Notes under the pieces: model-generated
Told to the model about the DNA's origin: nothing
Seen by the model: the letters and a program-made list of their open reading frames with translations, nothing else
The model's database searches: none
Part shown: positions 1 to 9,433 of the stretch, piece by piece
Position numbering within the stretch: position 1 is the stretch's first letter
How the letters are laid out: each line of letters begins with the position of its first letter
Source of the DNA: an uncultured delta proteobacterium
Lineage (GTDB): Bacteria; Myxococcota_A; Polyangia; Fen-1088
Length of the DNA stretch: 64,000 nucleotides
Reading direction: 5' to 3'
Assembly (NCBI GenBank): GCA_963767925.1
Contig: CAVYGB010000008.1
Span: 3,200,001 to 3,264,000, forward strand
Translations under genes and position numbers: made by a program

Positions 1-473
1 GTGTGAGCCCATTGCTGGGAGGAGTCGATCTGGGTGGGGTCGGTGATCTGCCGCGGGATCACCTGGTGCCGGGTCTGCAGCGACAGGGCGATCCGATCGC
101 GCCACTGGTAGCCGATCTCCGGGCCGAAGTGACCGAGGTGCCCCGCGCTGAAGGCGCCGTCGATCTCGAGATCCTCGCGTCGCTCCAGGCGGCGGCGGGG
201 GTGGTAGCCGTAGCCGCTGCCGAAGGTCCAGCCCAGCCAGACCGCGCGCAGGGCCCGGGGCGGCGGCGGCGGCCGCGGCTGGTCGGGCACCGCGACCCGG
301 GCGACCTCGAGCGGCGGCGCCGTCCGGTTGGGGCCGTCAATCGGGCTGGGCGGGGGCATGTCGTTGATGGGCGGCGTGGGCAACCGGGGTGGAGGCACCT
401 GGGCGGCCGCCGGCACCGCCAGCAGAAGGCCGCAAAAACCCAGGAAATAGCGCAGGAAATCAGGCTTATTCAC
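1..473 (-). CDS. Exported protein, Pro-rich N-terminus then possible beta-barrel strands (partial, runs off window start)
   Basis: Manual translation from GTG at 473: VNKPDFLRYFLGFCGLLLAVPAAAQ (signal peptide) ...AVWLGWTFGSGYGYHP...FGPEIGYQW...; open to base 1. Not in the ORF track. Confidence 0.6.
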   Translation of the reverse strand, partial: MNKPDFLRYFLGFCGLLLAVPAAAQVPPPRLPTPPINDMPPPSPIDGPNRTAPPLEVARVAVPDQPRPPPPPRALRAVWLGWTFGSGYGYHPRRRLERREDLEIDGAFSAGHLGHFGPEIGYQWRDRIALSLQTRHQVIPRQITDPTQIDSSQQWAH

Positions 474-550
474 GAGGGGGCCATCATACCCCTTCGCCTC
501 CCGCTCACAAGCGCGCCGGGCGGCCAGCCGCGTCGGGGAGGAGCGCCCGG

Positions 551-1255
551 TCACCCGCTGGGTCGGGCCGCCTCGAAGCGATCGCCAACCAGCGAGCGGG
601 TCTGGATCATGACGTCGAGATACAGGCGCGCGTTTGTCGCAATCTCGTTGCTGCGCCCCCCGCGGAGGGCGTCGAGATCGACGAGGTCGCTCTCCACCTC
701 GAGCGCGGCGGCCCCGGCGGTCATGAACTCCGGCGCGGTCTGCAAGGTCACGCCCCCCGCGGGGATCAGCGGCACGTCGGGCAGCGGCGTGCGCAAGCAG
801 CGCAGGTAGGTCGGCCCACCGAGGGCGCCGCAAGGATAGACCCGCACCATGTCGGCCCCCGCGCGATAGGCGCTCCAGACCTCGGTGGGGGTGAAGGCGC
901 CCGCCACCACCGCCACCCCTGCCTCGTTGCAGCGGCCGATGGTCGGCAGATCGACGATGGGGCTCACGATGAACCGCGCCCCCGCCCGGACGCAGGCCTC
1001 GGCGGACTTCGAATCGAGCACCGTGCCCGCGCAGACCAGCACCCGATCGCCGGCGCTGTGCTTCAGCTCGGTGATCACCTCGAGCGCGCCGGGCACCGTG
1101 AGCGGGACCTGGATGCAGGTGATGCCGGCGTCGATCAGCACCTCGGCCATCTCCAGCGCGTCGTCCGCCGACGGCATCCGCAACATGGCGATGATGACCC
1201 GATCGCGAATCATCGCCAGCACCTCGACCTTCGACCAGGCTTCCGCTTCCCCCAC
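551..1255 (-). CDS. eda: KDPG/KHG aldolase
   Basis: AGTVLD, GARFIVSP, GAFTPTEV, LIPAGGVT motifs. The usual Schiff-base VKxFP reads VRVYP here, so activity is uncertain. Confidence 0.8.
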   Translation of the reverse strand: MGEAEAWSKVEVLAMIRDRVIIAMLRMPSADDALEMAEVLIDAGITCIQVPLTVPGALEVITELKHSAGDRVLVCAGTVLDSKSAEACVRAGARFIVSPIVDLPTIGRCNEAGVAVVAGAFTPTEVWSAYRAGADMVRVYPCGALGGPTYLRCLRTPLPDVPLIPAGGVTLQTAPEFMTAGAAALEVESDLVDLDALRGGRSNEIATNARLYLDVMIQTRSLVGDRFEAARPSG

Positions 1256-1461
1256 GGAGGGTTTTTACCACGTCAACGCGGCGCTCGTCGCCCTGCGCCC
1301 GAGGCCTCGCCTTTTTCGGGACCGTGACTTCGGGGGAATGGGGGAGACCGTCCCTGGGGTAGGGTCGTCCGGTGGGCGAAGGGCCGAGCAGGATGAGTCA
1401 CGGGGAGTTGCCTCTGCGGGGGCATCCGGTACGAGGTCGTGGGGCCTTTCGGGACAGCGGC

Positions 1462-1809
1462 TCATCGCCCGAGGACCACGTCGATGCCAGAAAGAACGAG
1501 CTCCAACTTCGCTCGGGAGAGCTTGCCGACACGCTCTGCCAGCTCGGCCTTGTCGACCGTCACGATCTGGGACACATTCGCCACCGAGTCTTTCGGGAGT
1601 CCCGTGACCGAAGCCGGAAGCGCGACGTTCCCCGGTGCTGCTGACCACTTCAAGTTGCTCGTCAAGGCCACGCAGACGACGGTGGCGATTCGGCTTCGAT
1701 TGAGCGGATCGCCCTGAACCACCACGACGGGCCGTCGAAAGCCTGGCTGGGAGCCCGCAGGCTCTCCGAGATCAGCCCAGCAGACATCTCCCTGACTGAC
1801 GCTCACCAC
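1462..1809 (-). CDS. mazF: PemK/MazF family toxin
   Basis: GDVCWADLGEPAGSQPGFRRPVVVVQ...LPKDSVANVSQIVTVDK; overlaps the antitoxin stop codon. Confidence 0.93.
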   Translation of the reverse strand: MVSVSQGDVCWADLGEPAGSQPGFRRPVVVVQGDPLNRSRIATVVCVALTSNLKWSAAPGNVALPASVTGLPKDSVANVSQIVTVDKAELAERVGKLSRAKLELVLSGIDVVLGR

Positions 1810-2039
1810 TCCGTTCGCCTCAACGCGCGCCGGCCAGCGACAGAAGCGAACTCGTCGGTTGGCTCCGCGAGCTCCTTCAAGACCCTGTCCATCTCTTCGG
1901 TAACCTCATCGGGAGCGTGGCGAGCTAAGTACTCTGCTAGCGCCCGGCTGTAGACCTCACTACGTGACTGCTTGAGCCGCTTCGCCAGACGCTCCGCTTC
2001 CTCGAAGATCTCGTCAGGTATGGAGACTGCCGTCTTCAT
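1803..2039 (-). CDS. mazE: Ribbon-helix-helix antitoxin (ChpI/MazE6-like)
   Basis: MKTAVSIPDEIFEEAERLAKRLKQSRSEVYSRALAEYL...TEW, 78 aa from ATG 2039, directly upstream of the toxin. Confidence 0.88.
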   Translation of the reverse strand: MKTAVSIPDEIFEEAERLAKRLKQSRSEVYSRALAEYLARHAPDEVTEEMDRVLKELAEPTDEFASVAGRRALRRTEW

Positions 2040-2064
2040 ACCGAAAGTATGACCTGGTATAACC
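2040..2064 (-). promoter_or_regulatory. -10 element and autorepression operator of the TA operon (probably leaderless)
   Basis: Minus strand GTTATACCAGGTCATACTTTCGGT-ATG: CATACT lies 6 nt before the ATG, no Shine-Dalgarno, repeated and inverted ATAC motifs. Confidence 0.55.
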
Positions 2065-2219
2065 ACCAGTCAAACTACCTGCACGGCCAGAACGTCCCCT
2101 ACGTCCCGACCCTCGTGCGCCTGGTCGAGCTTCGCCGCCGGCGAGGAGATTCGGCCCCACATGACATCGTGGGCGAGGGTATCACCAGATTTGTTCGGTA
2201 ATACCCGATACATTTATCA

Positions 2220-3366
2220 ATGAGACAACACCTCCGGTTCACCAGTCTCCTGGTCGGTCTGCTGGCCTGTGGCCCGGTGCCTTCGACGGATGTGGACGGG
2301 GCAGCGCCATTTCGCGGCTATTGACGCCGTGAACAACTTCTTCGTTAGCCGCGCCACGAACGCGCGCAGCAAGGTCACCCGCCTCTACGACACCGTGCGG
2401 GGGTTCTTCGGCGACGTCGAGAGCTCGATCTCGCCCCCGAGCGAACCTGCGCAGGGGGTCCTCGTGCGCGCGGGCGTACCCGTGGACCTTGACAGGATCG
2501 ATCTCGAGACCACCGAGGTCGAAGGGCCGGACGGCGCGCCGCTGCCGATCGCGCTGCTCCGGCGCGGAGGGCAGCTGCTGCTGGAGGCGCGGAGCGAGGT
2601 GAGGCAGAGGATTTTCCGGGAGGTGCGCTTCCGGATCCAGCGCGCGGAGTTCGCCACCCAGTACGCCGCGGCGTACCTGTCCATCCAGCCGATCTGCCTG
2701 CAGGAAGGGACTCTCCTCGGCGGCTGCGTGCAGGCCGTTGTCGTGACCCCCCCGGAGCGGCAGGTCGCCGTGGGCGATGGGTTGACGCTCACCGCGACCT
2801 TACTCGACGCCGGGGGCAACGAACTCACCGGGCGGACGGTACGCTGGACCTCGGACGCGCCCGAGGTCGTCTCCGTCGTCGCCATCGGGACGGGGTCGAC
2901 CGCCCAGGTCACCGGCTTGAAGGCGGGAGGACCGGTGACGATCACCGCCGCCGCGGGTAGCCCCACAGCCACGCGACAAGACACGGCCCGCATCACCGTC
3001 TCCGCGCCCGATGAGACCGAACTCTACGAGGCCGCGGTAATTGGGCACTGGACCGCGACCATTGCGGAGGACGGAACGACTCGTAAGTTCGAACTGTTCC
3101 CCGGCGGGACGGGCGTCTACCGCATCCCCCTGCCGCCCCCCCATACCCAGTGTTCCGCAAGCGTGTATGTCGACGGTTTCTGCGAAGCCCCCATCCGCTG
3201 GACGGTCTCGCGCGGAGCCGACGGAAAATATAGGATGCGGGAGACCGGTTACTGGCACAGCGCTTTCGATGGAGGCGAGGTCGAACCGCTCTCGCTGCCC
3301 ATCACGACCTTCCGGACATATTCGGCATTCGACCCCGGGATGGTCACGCGCATCTACGCCCGTTGA
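2220..3366 (+). pseudogene. Disrupted lipoprotein with bacterial Ig-like (Big_2) domain
   Basis: ATG 2220 gives MRQHLRFTSLLVGLLACG (lipobox), stopping at 2324. The Ig-like domain (VAVGDGLTLTATLLDAGGNELTGRTVRWTSDAPEVVSV) is in another frame ending at 3366. Confidence 0.55.
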
Positions 3367-3694
3367 CCAGCGTCTCGCCCGGGCGCTGACCAAGTCCCCA
3401 TCACCATTTCTGGAGCCGAGACCATCCCGGCCCCGCGCCCCCCTCCGTCAGCGGCGCGAACTACATCACGCCTGCCGCCCGCCTCCAAGCCCCCTCTCCG
3501 ATGGCCCGCCCATCAGCCCGGGCTCACGGCCATCGGGAAGCTGGTGCATGCAGGTCAAGCTGAAGGCCACCGATTCCGCGCCGGCCCACGCCTTGAGCCT
3601 GCGCTTTCCGGTCTCCGCGCCTGCGGACTAGAGCCGAAGTCGGTCCAACGATTGCGCTTGATGCGGATCCGAGTGTTCGCTGACCGGTGATCGC

Positions 3695-4075
3695 GTGCGG
3701 CGCCTGATGACGGCCGCGCGGCTGCTGGCCCGGTTTCCGGTGCTGGCCGATTATCTGGCCGATGGGCGACTGAACCTCACGACCCTCGTCGAGCTCCGTG
3801 ATGTGCTCGACAAGGCAGATCTCGTGGAAATCCTGGATCGTGCCGCCGGGCGAACGGAGGACCAGGTCAAGGAGCTCGTGGCCAGCCTGCGGCCGCAGCC
3901 CGCCCCCGCCGACCTCCTGCGTAGGCTGCCAAGTCCCCGCGATGATTCGGGTGGTTCCGGCCCGGCACCGGCTGCAACCAACGGCCCGAGCGCGGCGCTC
4001 GCGTCCCCGCCGGCCTCCTTGCCGCCGCCCGTCTGGAAACGCCAAGTCCTCGTGCTGCCGCGGTTTCTGCAGTGA
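3695..4075 (+). pseudogene. Internal fragment of a DUF222/HNH endonuclease-like protein
   Basis: AARLLARFPVLADYLADGRLNLTTLVELRDVL...LVASLRPQP resembles the mid part of myxobacterial DUF222-HNH proteins; N-terminus and HNH domain are absent. Confidence 0.5.
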
Positions 4076-4155
4076 TTACGGGGGGAACAGACTACTCAAG
4101 GGTCCCGCGCCCCCCGCGAAGCTACCCGCGACTTGGCGTCCACGGCCTTGGTAAG

Positions 4156-5883
4156 ATGTGGTCCGCTGTGCCCAAGGTCGGTGTTTTCCTCCCGGCAGCG
4201 CTGGCCGCTGCCCTCGCCCTGGCGTGTGGCCCGGTCGACAGCGCCCCCGCTCCGGCCGGAGGCCCGCCGGGTTACGTACCGACGCCCGAGGCGCCCGAGC
4301 CTCCGCCCGAGGGACGCACGCCGCGCCGGCTGCGCCGCCTCACCAGCGGAGAGATGCAGGCGGTGATCGGCGATCTGCTGGGTGAGCCCGGGCCTGGCCT
4401 CGCCGGCGTCTACCTGCCCGATCCGCGGGTCGAGGGCTACGACAACGACGCCGTCGCCCTCGGCGTGTCGGAGAGCAAGATCGAGGAGATCGTCATGGCC
4501 GCCGAGCGGGTGGCCGCCCACCTGATCGCGGGAGACCGCCTCGACCGCCAGGCCCCTTGCCCCCCCGGCGAGGCGCCGGCCGCTTGCGCGCGGGCCTTCG
4601 CCCGGCGCGCCGCCACCCTGGCCTGGGGCCGTCCCCCTTCCGACGAGGAGCTCGACCGACTGGCCGGTGTCTACCAGATCGGGCAGCAGGGGGAAGGCGA
4701 AGGGCACCGCGGGGGCCTGGCCCTCGTGACCCAGGCGCTCTTGACCTCGCCTAACTTCCTGTACCGCAGCGAGCTCGGCGCGGACGTGGACGTCGTCGGG
4801 GGCGAGGACCTGGGCGCCGCCTCCGGCGCGGCGCCGGCTGGCTCCGTCTCCCTCACCGCCTTCGAGACCGCCTCCGCCCTCTCCTTCCTCCTGCGCGGAT
4901 CGCGCCCCGATGCGCCGCTGCTGGAGGCGGCCGAGCGCGGCGAGCTGGCCGGTCCCCAGGGACGCGAGCAGCAGGCCCGCCGGCTGCTCACCTCGACAAC
5001 CGGGCGGCGCCAGGTCGAGCGCTTCCTCCGGGGCTGGCTGGGCCTCGACGACGTCGCCATGATCAACAAGGACGTCGGCATGTACCCGTTCTTTTCCCCC
5101 CGCGCCCGGCGGGCCCTCGATCGAGAGCTGAGCACCTTCGTCGATCACGTGCTGGGGGCGGGCAGCGGCCAGCTCGACGAGCTGTTGCTGGCCGACTACA
5201 CCTTCCCCGCCCCCGAGCTGGCCCCGTTTTACGGGCCCGAGCTGCTCGGGCCACCGGGTGACTTCGAGCGGCGGCCCCTCGACGGCGAGCGCCGGCGCGG
5301 CCTGCTCTCCTCACCGGCTTTCCTGGCGGCCCACGCCCTCATCGACCACACCAACCCGGTCGAGCGGGGGCTGATGGTCCGGGGGCGGATGTTCTGCCAG
5401 GACGTCGCCCCCCCGCCGCCCGACGTGCTGGCCGAGACCCCGCGGGGGCCCGAGCTGACAACCCGCCAGCGCTACGAGGCCCACGTGCGCGATCCCCGCT
5501 GCCGGACCTGCCACCAGCTCATCGACGGGCTGGGCTTCGGCTTCGAGCAGTTCGACGCCGCCGGCCGCTTCCGGACCCACGAGAACGGCGTGGAGGTCGA
5601 CGCCCGGGGCGAGATCGTGGGGACCGACGTCGACGGCCCCTTTCGCGGGCCGGTGGAGCTGTCCCGCCGCCTGCTGCGGAGCGCGCAGTTCCGCCGCTGC
5701 TTCGTCGAGCAGCTCTTCCGCTACAGCGAGGGCCGGGCGGTCGAGGCGGCCGACGCCCCCGAGATCGATCACCTGGCGAGCCTGTTCGAGAGGAGCGAAC
5801 GCCGCATCGACGAGCTGTTCGTCCGCCTGGTGCGGCGGCCCGGGTTCGTGCTGCGCCGGTCGCTCCCGGAGCAGACGCCATGA
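4156..5883 (+). CDS. DUF1592/DUF1588/DUF1595-type lipoprotein with CxxCH motif
   Basis: Lipobox LALAC; LRRLT, LTSPNFLYRSE, RRGLLSSPAFL, NPVERG, CRTCHQLIDGLGFGFEQFDAAGRFR. Confidence 0.88.
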   Translation: MWSAVPKVGVFLPAALAAALALACGPVDSAPAPAGGPPGYVPTPEAPEPPPEGRTPRRLRRLTSGEMQAVIGDLLGEPGPGLAGVYLPDPRVEGYDNDAVALGVSESKIEEIVMAAERVAAHLIAGDRLDRQAPCPPGEAPAACARAFARRAATLAWGRPPSDEELDRLAGVYQIGQQGEGEGHRGGLALVTQALLTSPNFLYRSELGADVDVVGGEDLGAASGAAPAGSVSLTAFETASALSFLLRGSRPDAPLLEAAERGELAGPQGREQQARRLLTSTTGRRQVERFLRGWLGLDDVAMINKDVGMYPFFSPRARRALDRELSTFVDHVLGAGSGQLDELLLADYTFPAPELAPFYGPELLGPPGDFERRPLDGERRRGLLSSPAFLAAHALIDHTNPVERGLMVRGRMFCQDVAPPPPDVLAETPRGPELTTRQRYEAHVRDPRCRTCHQLIDGLGFGFEQFDAAGRFRTHENGVEVDARGEIVGTDVDGPFRGPVELSRRLLRSAQFRRCFVEQLFRYSEGRAVEAADAPEIDHLASLFERSERRIDELFVRLVRRPGFVLRRSLPEQTP

Positions 5884-7289
5884 GACCCATCGGCAAGGGC
5901 GGGCTGTCCCGGCGGGAGCTCCTGCGCACCACCGGCGCGGCCGGGTTGCTCTTCCCCTTTTTGCGCCCGGGCTCCGCCTCGGCGGCGCCGCCCACCCCCC
6001 GCCTGGTGTTGCTGATGCAGTCCAACGGGACCTTCCAGCCGGACTTCTGGCCCCTGGTGCCGCCGGCGCTCGGCGCGGCGCCGCCGGTCGGGCCCCACCG
6101 CCTGGGTCCGGGCGGCCTCAGCTCGCGCATCCTCGAGCCCCTGCTGTCCGAGGCGTCCCTCGCCGCCCGGACCACGCTGGTCAAGGGCGTCGCCAACACG
6201 GCGGGGGGCGCGGGCAACGGCCACGACCATGGCTTCTCCGGGCTCTACTCGGGCTACAAGAGCATCGGAACCTTCACCGACCCCTGGGGCGCCGGCATCT
6301 CGATCGATCAGACCCTGCGGCAGACCCTCAGCTTTCACGAGCCCTACCCCACCCTCAACTGCGGGGTGCTCGCCTCGGACACGCCCCCCTTCAAGGCCCA
6401 CCGCCGTTCGTTCAGCTACCTCGGCCCCCGGCAGCAGGTCCCCACCGAGGTCGACCCCTACCGCCTGTACGCCCGCTTCTTCGCGGTGGACGCGCGGCTC
6501 GACCCCGGCCGCGATCCCGTCGAGGCGGCCCGGCACCGCCTGCGGCGCAAGCAGACCGTGCTCGACCACGCCCGGGGGGACCTCGCCCGCCTGCGCCCCC
6601 GCCTGGGCCGCCTCGACCGGGACAAGCTGGCGGCGCACGAGACCGCCCTGCGCGACATGGAGACGCGGCTGGGGGCCACCCTGGAGCCCCAGCCCGACCG
6701 TCCGCCCCACTGCACCGCCGTCGGCGGGCCGGACCCGGGCCTGGCCGGCCTCGACGTGCGCAGCGAGGACAACGCGCCCCAGCTCGTGACGCTGATGACC
6801 GACTTCCTGGCGCTGGCCATCTCCTGTCAGCTCACGCGCATCGTGACCTTCCAGTTCGGGCACGGCGGCGAGAAGTGGTACTTCCGCTGGCTGGGCATCA
6901 ACCAGAACAGCCACGACGAGATCGCCCACAAGGACGACGGCAGCGATCCGGCGGTCAGCGACAAGCTGTTCCGGATCAACCGCTGGTACGCCGAGCAGGT
7001 CGCCGGGCTGGCCCGCGCGCTCGATCGCTTCCCCGAGGGAGAAGGGACGGTGCTCGACAACACCCTGGTGGTGTGGGGCAACGAGATCGCCACCGGCCCC
7101 CACGGCATGAACGACCTCCCCCTGGTGCTGCTGGGGGGGGCGGCCGGGCGCCTCCGCCAGACCGGCGTGCTGATCGACGCCGGTGCCCAGGACTATCACC
7201 GCCTGGGCACCAGCCTCCTGCACGTCATGGGCGTCCCCGCCCTGGGCTTCGGCGAGGAGCCCACCTGCGGGCCCCTCGTCGGGATCTAG
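5880..7289 (+). CDS. DUF1552 family protein with Tat signal
   Basis: SRRELL Tat motif; GISIDQ, HDEIAH, EGEGTVLDNTLVVWGNE; ATGA overlap with the upstream gene. Confidence 0.88.
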   Translation: MRPIGKGGLSRRELLRTTGAAGLLFPFLRPGSASAAPPTPRLVLLMQSNGTFQPDFWPLVPPALGAAPPVGPHRLGPGGLSSRILEPLLSEASLAARTTLVKGVANTAGGAGNGHDHGFSGLYSGYKSIGTFTDPWGAGISIDQTLRQTLSFHEPYPTLNCGVLASDTPPFKAHRRSFSYLGPRQQVPTEVDPYRLYARFFAVDARLDPGRDPVEAARHRLRRKQTVLDHARGDLARLRPRLGRLDRDKLAAHETALRDMETRLGATLEPQPDRPPHCTAVGGPDPGLAGLDVRSEDNAPQLVTLMTDFLALAISCQLTRIVTFQFGHGGEKWYFRWLGINQNSHDEIAHKDDGSDPAVSDKLFRINRWYAEQVAGLARALDRFPEGEGTVLDNTLVVWGNEIATGPHGMNDLPLVLLGGAAGRLRQTGVLIDAGAQDYHRLGTSLLHVMGVPALGFGEEPTCGPLVGI

Positions 7290-7291
7290 AG

Positions 7292-9007
7292 TTAGCGGCG
7301 CTTGCGCGACCGCCGGAACAAGAAGCCCAGCAGGAGGGCGGCGGCGGCGCTGGCCAGGCCCAGGCGCTCGCTGTCGCGACCGGGGGCGAAGCGGCAGCCG
7401 AAGAGCCCACCCTCGTCGGCGGCGGGCGCCGGGATGGCGAGCTGCTGCGGCAGGGGGAGGGCGCAGGAGGCCACCGGCTGGCAGGCGCTCCACTGGTTGC
7501 CGGTGCAGCGGCGCTCGGCCGCGCAGCCGAGGTAGCTGCAGGCCTCCTTGGTCCCCTCCTCGCAGCCGGGGGCGCAGGGGATGCCGAGGGCGGTGATCTG
7601 CTCCTGCACCGACTTGATGCGGGCCGGGATCCAGTCGCGCAGCCGCTTGTATTCGGAGCCGACGCTCTTGGAGACCGGGCCCAGGGGATCGTTGCCCTGC
7701 CAGACCAGGTCCTTCTCCAGCGGGACGATGGGCGAGATGGTGTTGTAGACCTCGTCCCACAGCTTCACCACCGAGTCGGCGGCGAGGCTTCCCTTGGTGA
7801 GCTGGCACATGGTCTTGAGGTACCGCTGCTTGATCTCCTGCGGCTCCTCCGGCTTCACGCAGATGGTGCGCTTGCCGATCGCCGACAGGCTGTCGGGACA
7901 CCAGCGGAACAGGGGCTCGGCGGGCGAGCACATCAACATCGCGCTGCCGGCGCTGGCCACGCCGGCCGGCGGGGGCGCGCAGTTGCCGTGCTGCTGGCCG
8001 AAGGTGAGGTCGACGTCCCAGGGCATGAACTGGCGCTTGCCCCGCTTGGGGTCGAAGGTGAAGTAGTTGAGGCCCTCGTTCTGGCGGTTGGCCGCCGTCA
8101 GGATGGTGTCGTCGCCGTTGACCAGGATCTCGCGGATGGCCTCCTGGCGCAGGAGGGTCTCGAGGTCCACCCCCTTCTCGACCTCGGCCATCCAGGCGCC
8201 GGGCGCGGGAAAGTCGGCCGGGTTCTTGGCCAGCAGCTCGCTCCAGGCGGCGGCCGCCTCGTTGGGCGGGCCGTCGTCGTATTCGACCTCGTTGTTGCAG
8301 TTGTCCTTCGTCGACTTGATGAGGCGGCCGTCGTTGTCCCCGAAGTAGCGCTTGACCGCCGCCCGGTCGATGTCCTCGGCGATCATGTACAGGCCCCGGT
8401 ACTGGCCCTGCTCGGCCCCGTCGAGGTGCAGGTACATCTTTGCGTAGGCGGTGCCGGGGGTGGAGGGGATCTCCCGCTTGAGCAGCCGCAGGGCCACGTG
8501 TTCGGTCATCAGCACCGGCAACATCAGGTTGTCCATCCGGCTGGGCGGCTTGTTGCCCTGGCCGTTGGCCAGCGTGAGCTTGCGGTAGCCGAGGTCGCCG
8601 AAGGAGGCCGGCCAGCTCTGGTTGCGAGCCTCGGGCACCGCGCCCATGAAGTCCTGGTTGAAGTCGATCTTGAGCGGCGGCTTCTGGGGCGCCTCGTTGC
8701 CCCGCTCCTGCCCGCGCTTCTTGCGCAGCGAGACCTTCAGCCAGGCACCGGAGTCGCCGCAGCGGAACTCGGCCTTGTACTGCTGGTACTTGTACATGCA
8801 CTGGGCCGGGGCGAAGAGATCGCCGTCGGGGTTGGCCTTGCTGGCGTCCTCGTCGAGGATCGCCTGCCAGTCCGCCTTGCTCACCCGGACGTGGAAGTCG
8901 AGGACCTTGGTCGGGTCCGCGAACGGGTTGTTACAGTCGGCGCGGGCCTCGGTGTGCGCGAAAACGATTACAGCGAGTCCAGTCAGCAGGCAACGTGTCC
9001 ACGTCAT
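7292..9007 (-). CDS. CotH kinase-family exported protein with MYXO-CTERM-like anchor
   Basis: Signal peptide; KPPLKIDFN, YRGLYMIAEDID, NYFTFD, FMPWDVDLTFG; C-terminal GC...AAALLLGFLFRRSRKRR. Confidence 0.8.
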   Translation of the reverse strand: MTWTRCLLTGLAVIVFAHTEARADCNNPFADPTKVLDFHVRVSKADWQAILDEDASKANPDGDLFAPAQCMYKYQQYKAEFRCGDSGAWLKVSLRKKRGQERGNEAPQKPPLKIDFNQDFMGAVPEARNQSWPASFGDLGYRKLTLANGQGNKPPSRMDNLMLPVLMTEHVALRLLKREIPSTPGTAYAKMYLHLDGAEQGQYRGLYMIAEDIDRAAVKRYFGDNDGRLIKSTKDNCNNEVEYDDGPPNEAAAAWSELLAKNPADFPAPGAWMAEVEKGVDLETLLRQEAIREILVNGDDTILTAANRQNEGLNYFTFDPKRGKRQFMPWDVDLTFGQQHGNCAPPPAGVASAGSAMLMCSPAEPLFRWCPDSLSAIGKRTICVKPEEPQEIKQRYLKTMCQLTKGSLAADSVVKLWDEVYNTISPIVPLEKDLVWQGNDPLGPVSKSVGSEYKRLRDWIPARIKSVQEQITALGIPCAPGCEEGTKEACSYLGCAAERRCTGNQWSACQPVASCALPLPQQLAIPAPAADEGGLFGCRFAPGRDSERLGLASAAAALLLGFLFRRSRKRR

Positions 9008-9109
9008 GGGCGCTCTCCTTGCACGGGGTGGGGGGTGGACGGCGCGGGAGAACGTTTCGGCCTCGCCGGCTCAGCCCCTCCGGTGGCAAGCGCCCCGACC
9101 GTACTCCCC

Positions 9110-9127
9110 GTGACACGGATGTGACAC
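9110..9127 (-). promoter_or_regulatory. Pho-box-like (OmpR-family) direct repeat upstream of the CotH gene
   Basis: Minus strand GTGTCAC-ATCC-GTGTCAC, 11-bp period; TTGACA at 9148-9143. Confidence 0.4.
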
Positions 9128-9269
9128 TCCCCACCGGGGCGGTGTCAAGGACTACCCAAGTCCGCGTCAATAGTGGAGTTGCGCCGGCCCCCTCACGCAG
9201 GACGCCGAGCTGGTTCAGGAGCGGAATCCCGCGCGAGCCGGTGCCCGCCTGCACCGTCTTCGAACTACC

Positions 9270-9433
9270 CTAGTCCCCTGGAAAGTGAAGTCTTGCATAT
9301 GTCGGCGAGGCATCTTCGTTCCTGGCAAGGCGCGAGGAGGGCGAATACCCGGCGTATTTAACCGACGAGCAACGCAGCCAGGGTCGAAGAGGACCGGCGA
9401 GATAGGCAAGAAATCACCTTTCCAGGGGACTAG
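9270..9433. mobile_element. MITE-like fold-back element, copy 1 (164 bp)
   Basis: Ends CTAGTCCCCTGGAAAG...CTTTCCAGGGGACTAG; imperfect inverted repeat of ~55 bp; near-identical inverted copy at 21637-21801. Confidence 0.85.
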
